The notes beneath the pieces are model-generated. The model saw only the letters and a program-made list of their open reading frames with translations. It ran no database searches and had not been told where the DNA came from. DNA of 64,000 nt, from contig OZ059894.1 in NCBI GenBank assembly GCA_964057225.1, positions 21,514,001-21,578,000 of the forward strand, written 5' to 3'. Source of the stretch: Auanema rhodensis (lineage: Eukaryota; Animalia; Nematoda). Below are positions 55,101-64,000 of the stretch, piece by piece. The first letter of the stretch is position 1. The number at the start of each line of letters is the position of its first letter. The position numbers and the translations under genes are program-made.

Positions 55101-58100
55101 TTTGCCTTGAAAAAAGAAATCTAAAAACATCTACTTTTTGCTAAATTATTTTGAAATTTTTCGAAAAAATTTTTGTCAAAATGTTTTTGGAAGCAATGTT
55201 GAGTGTACATGGAAACTCAACATACACTAATGCATCATTTTTCAAACGATCATAACTAATTTTTGTATTAAGCGTTTCTCAATGTAGTATAGTGCATTCG
55301 ATGCGGATTTTTAAGCTGCGTCGATCTGTGTTATCAGATTTGCGCTAGCTTAAAAATGCACCGAGATATCAACTGATATAAGTTTACACTTATATCCTCG
55401 ATTTTCACCCTGAAGAATTAATTTTTTCGTTGAATAACATTGTCCATCGTCTTTGCCTTGAAAAAAGAAATCTAAAAACATCTACTTTTTGCTAAATTAT
55501 TTTGAAATTTTTCGAAAAAATTTTTGTCAAAATGTTTTTGGAAGCAATGTTGAGTGTACATGGAAACTCAACATACACTAATGCATCATTTTTCAAACGA
55601 TCATAACTAATTTTTGTATCAAACGTTTCTCAATGTAGTATAGTGCATTCGATGCGGATTTTTAAGCTGCGTCGATCTGTGTTATCAGATTTGCGCTAGC
55701 TTAAAAATGCACCGAGATATCAACTGATATAAGTTCACACTTATATCCTCGATTTTCACCCTGAAGAATTAATTTTTTCGTTGAATAACATTGTCCATCG
55801 TCTTTGCCTTGGAAAAAGGAATCTAAAAACATCTACTTTTTGCTGAATTATTCTGAAATTTTTCGAAAAAATTTTTGTCAAAATGTTTTTGGAAGCAATG
55901 TTGAGTGTACATGGAAACTCAACATACACTAATGCATCATTTTTCAAACGATCATAACTAATTTTTGTATTAAGCGTTTCTCAATGTAGTATAGTGCATA
56001 CGATGCGGATTTTTAAGCTGCGTCGATCTGTGTTATCAGATTTGCGCTAGCTTAAAAATGCACCGAGATATCAACTGATATAAGTTTACACTTATATCCT
56101 CGATTTTCACCCTGAAGAATTAATTTTTTCGTTGAATAACATTGTCCATCGTCTTTGCCTTGAAAAAAGAAATCTAAAAACATCTACTTTTTGCTAAATT
56201 ATTTTGAAATTTTTCGAAAAAATTTTTGTCAAAATGTTTTTGGAAGCAATGTTGAGTGTACATGGAAACTCAACATACACTAATGCATCATTTTTCAAAC
56301 GATCATAACTAATTTTTGTATTAAGCGTTTCTCAATGTAGTATAGTGCATTCGATGCGGATTTTTAAGCTGCGTCGATCTGTGTTATCAGATTTGCGCTA
56401 GCTTAAAAATGCACCGAGATATCAACTGATATAAGTTCACACTTATATCCTCGATTTTCACCCTGAAGAATTAATTTTTTCGTTGAATAACATTGTCCAT
56501 CGTCTTTGCCTTAAAAAAAGGAATCCAAAAACATCTACTTTTTGCTAAATTATTTTGAAATTTTTCGAAAAAATTTTTGTCAAAATGTTTTTGGAAGCAA
56601 TGTTGAGTGTACATGGAAACTCAACATACACTAATGCATCATTTTTCAAACGATCATAACTAATTTGTGTATTAAAAGTTTCTTGATGTAGTATAGTGCA
56701 TTCGATGCGGATTTTTAAGCTGCGTCGATCTGTGTTATCAGATTTGCGCTAGCTTAAAAATGCACCGAGATATCAACTGATATAAGTTCACACTTATATC
56801 CTCGATTTTCACCCTGAAGAATTAATTTTTTCGTTGAATAACATTGTCCATCGTCTTTGCCTTGGAAAAAGGAATCTAAAAACATCTACTTTTTGCTAAA
56901 TTATTTTGAAATTTTTCGAAAAAATTTTTGTCAAAATGTTTTTGGAAGCAATGTTGAGTGTACATGGAAACTCAACATACACTAATGCATCATTTTTCAA
57001 ACGATCATAACTAATTTGTGTATTAAAAGTTTCTTGATGTAGTATAGTGCATTCGATGCGGATTTTTAAGCTGCGTCGATCTGTGTTATCAGATTTGCGC
57101 TAGCTTAAAAATGCACCGAGATATCAACTGATATAAGTTCACACTTATATCCTCGATTTTCACCCTGAAGAATTAATTTTTTCGTTGAATAACATTGTCC
57201 ATCGTCTTTGCCTTGGAAAAAGGAATCTAAAAACATCTACTTTTTGCTGAATTATTCTGAAATTTTTCGAAAAAATTTTTGTCAAAATGTTTTTGGAAGC
57301 AATGTTGAGTGTACATGGAAACTCAACATACACTAATGCATCATTTTTCAAACGATCATAACTAATTTTTGTATTAAGCGTTTCTCAATGTAGTATAGTG
57401 CATTCGATGCGGATTTTTAAGCTGCGTCGATCTGTGTTATCAGATTTGCGCTAGCTTAAAAATGCACCGAGATATCAACTGATATAAGTTCACACTTATA
57501 TCCTCGATTTTCACCCTGAAGAATTAATTTTTTCGTTGAATAACATTGTCCATCGTCTTTGCCTTGGAAAAAGGAATCTAAAAACATCTACTTTTTGCTG
57601 AATTATTCTGAAATTTTTCGAAAAAATTTTTGTCAAAATGTTTTTGGAAGCAATGTTGAGTGTACATGGAAACTCAACATACACTAATGCATCATTTTTC
57701 AAACGATCATAACTAATTTTTGTATCAAACGTTTCTCAATGTAGTATAGTGCATTCGATGCGGATTTTTAAGCTGCGTCGATCTGTGTTATCAGATTTGC
57801 GCTAGCTTAAAAATGCACCGAGATATCAACTGATATAAGTTCACACTTATATCCTCGATTTTCACCCTGAAGAATTAATTTTTTCGTTGAATAACATTGT
57901 CCATCGTCTTTGCCTTGGAAAAAGGAATCTAAAAACATCTACTTTTTGCTGAATTATTCTGAAATTTTTCGAAAAAATTTTTGTCAAAATGTTTTTGGAA
58001 GCAATGTTGAGTGTACATGGAAACTCAACATACACTAATGCATCATTTTTCAAACGATCATAACTAATTTTTGTATTAAGCGTTTCTCAATGTAGTATAG

Positions 58101-61100
58101 TGCATTCGATGCGGATTTTTAAGCTGCGTCGATCTGTGTTATCAGATTTGCGCTAGCTTAAAAATGCACCGAGATATCAACTGATATAAGTTTACACTTA
58201 TATCCTCGATTTTCACCCTGAAGAATTAATTTTTTCGTTGAATAACATTGTCCATCGTCTTTGCCTTGAAAAAAGAAATCTAAAAACATCTACTTTTTGC
58301 TAAATTATTTTGAAATTTTTCGAAAAAATTTTTGTCAAAATGTTTTTGGAAGCAATGTTGAGTGTACATGGAAACTCAACATACACTAATGCATCATTTT
58401 TCAAACGATCATAACTAATTTTTGTATCAAACGTTTCTCAATGTAGTATAGTGCATTCGATGCGGATTTTTAAGCTGCGTCGATCTGTGTTATCAGATTT
58501 GCGCTAGCTTAAAAATGCACCGAGATATCAACTGATATAAGTTCACACTTATATCCTCGATTTTCACCCTGAAGAATTAATTTTTTCGTTGAATAACATT
58601 GTCCATCGTCTTTGCCTTAAAAAAAGGAATCTAAAAACATCTACTTTTTGCTAAATTATTTTGAAATTTTTCGAAAAAATTTTTGTCAAAATGTTTTTGG
58701 AAGCAATGTTGAGTGTACATGGAAACTCAACATACACTAATGCATCATTTTTCAAACGATCATAACTAATTTTTGTATTAAGCGTTTCTCAATGTAGTAT
58801 AGTGCATTCGATGCGGATTTTTAAGCTGCGTCGATCTGTGTTATCAGATTTGCGCTAGCTTAAAAATGCACCGAGATATCAACTGATATAAGTTTACACT
58901 TATATCCTCGATTTTCACCCTGAAGAATTAATTTTTTCGTTGAATAACATTGTCCATCGTCTTTGCCTTGAAAAAAGAAATCTAAAAACATCTACTTTTT
59001 GCTAAATTATTTTGAAATTTTTCGAAAAAATTTTTGTCAAAATGTTTTTGGAAGCAATGTTGAGTGTACATGGAAACTCAACATACACTAATGCATCATT
59101 TTTCAAACGATCATAACTAATTTTTGTATCAAACGTTTCTCAATGTAGTATAGTGCATTCGATGCGGATTTTTAAGCTGCGTCGATCTGTGTTATCAGAT
59201 TTGCGCTAGCTTAAAAATGCACCGAGATATCAACTGATATAAGTTCACACTTATATCCTCGATTTTCACCCTGAAGAATTAATTTTTTCGTTGAATAACA
59301 TTGTCCATCGTCTTTGCCTTGAAAAAAGAAATCTAAAAACATCTACTTTTTGCTAAATTATTTTGAAATTTTTCGAAAAAATTTTTGTCAAAATGTTTTT
59401 GGAAGCAATGTTGAGTGTACATGGAAACTCAACATACACTAATGCATCATTTTTCAAACGATCATAACTAATTTTTGTATCAAACGTTTCTCAATGTAGT
59501 ATAGTGCATTCGATGCGGATTTTTAAGCTGCGTCGATCTGTGTTATCAGATTTGCGCTAGCTTAAAAATGCACCGAGATATCAACTGATATAAGTTCACA
59601 CTTATATCCTCGATTTTCACCCTGAAGAATTAATTTTTTCGTTGAATAACATTGTCCATCGTCTTTGCCTTGGAAAAAGGAATCTAAAAACATCTACTTT
59701 TTGCTGAATTATTCTGAAATTTTTCGAAAAAATTTTTGTCAAAATGTTTTTGGAAGCAATGTTGAGTGTACATGGAAACTCAACATACACTAATGCATCA
59801 TTTTTCAAACGATCATAACTAATTTTTGTATCAAACGTTTCTCAATGTAGTATAGTGCATTCGATGCGGATTTTTAAGCTGCGTCGATCTGTGTTATCAG
59901 ATTTGCGCTAGCTTAAAAATGCACCGAGATATCAACTGATATAAGTTCACACTTATATCCTCGATTTTCACCCTGAAGAATTAATTTTTTCGTTGAATAA
60001 CATTGTCCATCGTCTTTGCCTTGAAAAAAGAAATCTAAAAACATCTACTTTTTGCTAAATTATTTTGAAATTTTTCGAAAAAATTTTTGTCAAAATGTTT
60101 TTGGAAGCAATGTTGAGTGTACATGGAAACTCAACATACACTAATGCATCATTTTTCAAACGATCATAACTAATTTTTGTATTAAGCGTTTCTCAATGTA
60201 GTATAGTGCATTCGATGCGGATTTTTAAGCTGCGTCGATCTGTGTTATCAGATTTGCGCTAGCTTAAAAATGCACCGAGATATCAACTGATATAAGTTCA
60301 CACTTATATCCTCGATTTTCACCCTGAAGAATTAATTTTTTCGTTGAATAACATTGTCCATCGTCTTTGCCTTAAAAAAAGGAATCTAAAAACATCTACT
60401 TTTTGCTAAATTATTTTGAAATTTTTCGAAAAAATTTTTGTCAAAATGTTTTTGGAAGCAATGTTGAGTGTACATGGAAACTCAACATACACTAATGCAT
60501 CATTTTTCAAACGATCATAACTAATTTGTGTATTAAAAGTTTCTTGATGTAGTATAGTGCATTCGATGCGGATTTTTAAGCTGCGTCGATCTGTGTTATC
60601 CGATTTGCGCTAGCTTAAAAATGCACCGAGATATCAACTGATATAAGTTCACACTTATATCCTCGATTTTCACCCTGAAGAATTAATTTTTTCGTTGAAT
60701 AACATTGTCCATCGTCTTTGCCTTGAAAAAAGAAATCTAAAAACATCTACTTTTTGCTAAATTATTTTGAAATTTTTCGAAAAAATTTTTGTCAAAATGT
60801 TTTTGGAAGCAATGTTGAGTGTACATGGAAACTCAACATACACTAATGCATCATTTTTCAAACGATCATAACTAATTTGTGTATTAAGCGTTTCTCAATG
60901 TAGTATAGTGCATTCGATGCGGATTTTTAAGCTGCGTCGATCTGTGTTATCAGATTTGCGCTAGCTTAAAAATGCACCGAGATATCAACTGATATAAGTT
61001 CACACTTATATCCTCGATTTTCACCCTGAAGAATTAATTTTTTCGTTGAATAACATTGTCCATCGTCTTTGCCTTAAAAAAAGGAATCTAAAAACATCTA

Positions 61101-64000
61101 CTTTTTGCTAAATTATTTTGAAATTTTTCGAAAAAATTTTTGTCAAAATGTTTTTGGAAGCAATGTTGAGTGTACATGGAAACTCAACATACACTAATGC
61201 ATCATTTTTCAAACGATCATAACTAATTTTTGTATCAAACGTTTCTCAATGTAGTATAGTGCATTCGATGCGGATTTTTAAGCTGCGTCGATCTGTGTTA
61301 TCAGATTTGCGCTAGCTTAAAAATGCACCGAGATATCAACTGATATAAGTTCACACTTATATCCTCGATTTTCACCCTGAAGAATTAATTTTTTCGTTGA
61401 ATAACATTGTCCATCGTCTTTGCCTTGAAAAAAGAAATCTAAAAACATCTACTTTTTGCTAAATTATTTTGAAATTTTTCGAAAAAATTTTTGTCAAAAT
61501 GTTTTTGGAAGCAATGTTGAGTGTACATGGAAACTCAACATACACTAATGCATCATTTTTCAAACGATCATAACTAATTTGTGTATTAAGCGTTTCTCAA
61601 TGTAGTATAGTGCATTCGATGCGGATTTTTAAGCTGCGTCGATCTGTGTTATCAGATTTGCGCTAGCTTAAAAATGCACCGAGATATCAACTGATATAAG
61701 TTCACACTTATATCCTCGATTTTCACCCTGAAGAATTAATTTTTTCGTTGAATAACATTGTCCATCGTCTTTGCCTTGGAAAAAGGAATCTAAAAACATC
61801 TACTTTTTGCTGAATTATTCTGAAATTTTTCGAAAAAATTTTTGTCAAAATGTTTTTGGAAGCAATGTTGAGTGTACATGGAAACTCAACATACACTAAT
61901 GCATCATTTTTCAAACGATCATAACTAATTTTTGTATTAAGCGTTTCTCAATGTAGTATAGTGCATTCGATGCGGATTTTTAAGCTGCGTCGATCTGTGT
62001 TATCAGATGTGCGCTAGCTTAAAAATGCACCGAGATATCAACTGATATAAGTTTACACTTATATCCTCGATTTTCACCCTGAAGAATTAATTTTTTCGTT
62101 GAATAACATTGTCCATCGTCTTTGCCTTGAAAAAAGAAATCTAAAAACATCTACTTTTTGCTAAATTATTTTGAAATTTTTCGAAAAAATTTTTGTCAAA
62201 ATGTTTTTGGAAGCAATGTTGAGTGTACATGGAAACTCAACATACACTAATGCATCATTTTTCAAACGATCATAACTAATTTTTGTATTAAGCGTTTCTC
62301 AATGTAGTAAAGTGCATTCGATGCGGATTTTTAAGCTGCGTCGATCTGTGTTATCAGATTTGCGCTAGCTTAAAAATGCACCGAGATATCAACTGATATA
62401 AGTTCACACTTATATCCTCGATTTTCACCCTGAAGAATTAATTTTTTCGTTGAATAACATTGTCCATCGTCTTTGCCTTAAAAAAAGGAATCTAAAAACA
62501 TCTACTTTTTGCTGAATTATTCTGAAATTTTTCGAAAAAATTTTTGTCAAAATGTTTTTGGAAGCAATGTTGAGTGTACATGGAAACTCAACATACACTA
62601 ATGCATCATTTTTCAAACGATCATAACTAATTTTTGTATTAAGCGTTTCTCAATGTAGTATAGTGCATTCGATGCGGATTTTTAAGCTGCGTCGATCTGT
62701 GTTATCAGATGTGCGCTAGCTTAAAAATGCACCGAGATATCAACTGATATAAGTTTACACTTATATCCTCGATTTTCACCCTGAAGAATTAATTTTTTCG
62801 TTGAATAACATTGTCCATCGTCTTTGCCTTGAAAAAAGAAATCTAAAAACATCTACTTTTTGCTAAATTATTTTGAAATTTTTCGAAAAAATTTTTGTCA
62901 AAATGTTTTTGGAAGCAATGTTGAGTGTACATGGAAACTCAACATACACTAATGCATCATTTTTCAAACGATCATAACTAATTTTTGTATTAAGCGTTTC
63001 TCAATGTAGTATAGTGCATTCGATGCGGATTTTTAAGCTGCGTCGATCTGTGTTATCAGATTTGCGCTAGCTTAAAAATGCACCGAGATATCAACTGATA
63101 TAAGTTCACACTTATATCCTCGATTTTCACCCTGAAGAATTAATTTTTTCGTTGAATAACATTGTCCATCGTCTTTGCCTTAAAAAAAGGAATCTAAAAA
63201 CATCTACTTTTTGCTAAATTATTTTGAAATTTTTCGAAAAAATTTTTGTCAAAATGTTTTTGGAAGCAATGTTGAGTGTACATGGAAACTCAACATACAC
63301 TAATGCATCATTTTTCAAACGATCATAACTAATTTGTGTATTAAAAGTTTCTTGATGTAGTAGAGTGCATTCGATGCGGATTTTTAAGCTGCGTCGATCT
63401 GTGTTATCCGATTTGCGCTAGCTTAAAAATGCACCGAGATATCAACTGATATATGTTCACACTTATATCCTCGATTTTCACCCTGAAGAATTAATTTTTT
63501 CGTTGAATAACATTGTCCATCGTCTTTGCCTTGAAAAAAGAAATCTAAAAACATCTACTTTTTGCTAAATTATTTTGAAATTTTTCGAAAAAATTTTTGT
63601 CAAAATGTTTTTGGAAGCAATGTTGAGTGTACATGGAAACTCAACATACACTAATGCATCATTTTTCAAACGATCATAACTAATTTGTGTATTAAGCGTT
63701 TCTCAATTTAGTATAGTGCATTCGATGCGGATTTTTAAGCTGCGTCGATCTGTGTTATCAGATTTGCGCTAGCTTAAAAATGCACCGAGATATCAACTGA
63801 TATAAGTTCACACTTATATCCTCGATTTTCACCCTGAAGAATTAATTTTTTCGTTGAATAACATTGTCCATCGTCTTTGCCTTAAAAAAAGAAATCTAAA
63901 AACATCTACTTTTTGCTAAATTATTTTGAAATTTTTCGAAAAAATTTTTGTCAAAATGTTTTTGGAAGCAATGTTGAGTGTACATGGAAACTCAACATAC
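52200..64000 (-). repeat. Distinct satellite variant domain (subfamily) with short 1-3-monomer duplications
   Basis: New variants (as read on +): AAGTTTACAC, AAAGAAATCT, TATCAAACG, CCTTGGAAA, GCTGAATTATTCTG and ATTTGTGTA. The variants common before 52.1 kb (TTCTCG, GTCGTTC, GCGAATT, TTGAGCG) are absent. Confidence 0.88.

Larger units (their letters stand above)
1..64000. repeat. 351-bp tandem satellite DNA array (about 180 complete monomers, two orientations); extends beyond both window edges
   Basis: CGTTTGAAAAATGATGCATTAG recurs at 1, 352, 703, 1055, 1406 and so on (period 351, with occasional +/-1 indels). Its reverse complement recurs from 37988 to the end. No unique sequence was seen. 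Copy 1 has 111 G+C in 351 nt. Confidence 0.99.
37988..64000 (-). repeat. Reverse-orientation arm: 68-bp stub, 73 full monomers and a partial last copy
   Basis: The sequence reads as the reverse complement of the monomer. Monomer position 1 maps to 38055, 53142 (43x351 - 6 single-base deletions) and 63672 (a further 30x351). Confidence 0.97.

Noticed and set aside
52948-62616. Eleven 63-aa minus-strand ORFs (MKNDALVY...) as a tandem gene family
   Set aside because: The start is TTG at monomer position 4, not ATG. The frame is open only because of a TAG>CAG change at monomer position 106 in one variant, and all other copies have the stop. I recognise no domain, and the composition reflects A/T tracts.
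1-64000. CRISPR array
   Set aside because: There are no unique spacers. The entire 351-bp unit repeats, and no cas genes are present.
1-64000. Tandem 5S rRNA, tRNA, snRNA or spliced-leader gene array
   Set aside because: I recognised no 5S or tRNA sequence, Pol III A/B boxes or known leader sequence. The AATTTTTG motifs are explained by A-tracts. An Rfam search would be needed to exclude this fully.

Overview
The whole 64 kb window is one AT-rich tandem satellite array, most likely eukaryotic and plausibly (peri)centromeric or heterochromatic. I cannot name the family or host. The monomer is 351 bp (about 32% GC by hand count of copy 1), and copies typically differ at only a few positions. 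There are 107 complete monomers in + orientation (1-37560), then a truncated 108th copy (37561-37875). A compound rearrangement at 37875-37990 switches the array to the opposite orientation, which holds 73 complete monomers plus partial ends up to 64000. The junction has two breakpoints: an apparent 77-bp deletion with 1-nt microhomology, and a strand switch with 3-nt ATG microhomology. Between them lies a 115-bp fragment whose SNP haplotype matches the far arm: it is an exact inverted copy of 38252-38366, which suggests a templated insertion. Using SNPs as barcodes reveals a 10-monomer (3511 bp) higher-order repeat at the start, block duplications with offsets of 2 to 20 monomers, and a sharp variant-domain boundary near 52.1-52.2 kb. 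The monomer carries several dyad/hairpin elements. I found no credible protein-coding genes, RNA genes, CRISPR arrays or transposases. The 63-aa ORFs are by-products of one TAG>CAG SNP in a satellite variant.
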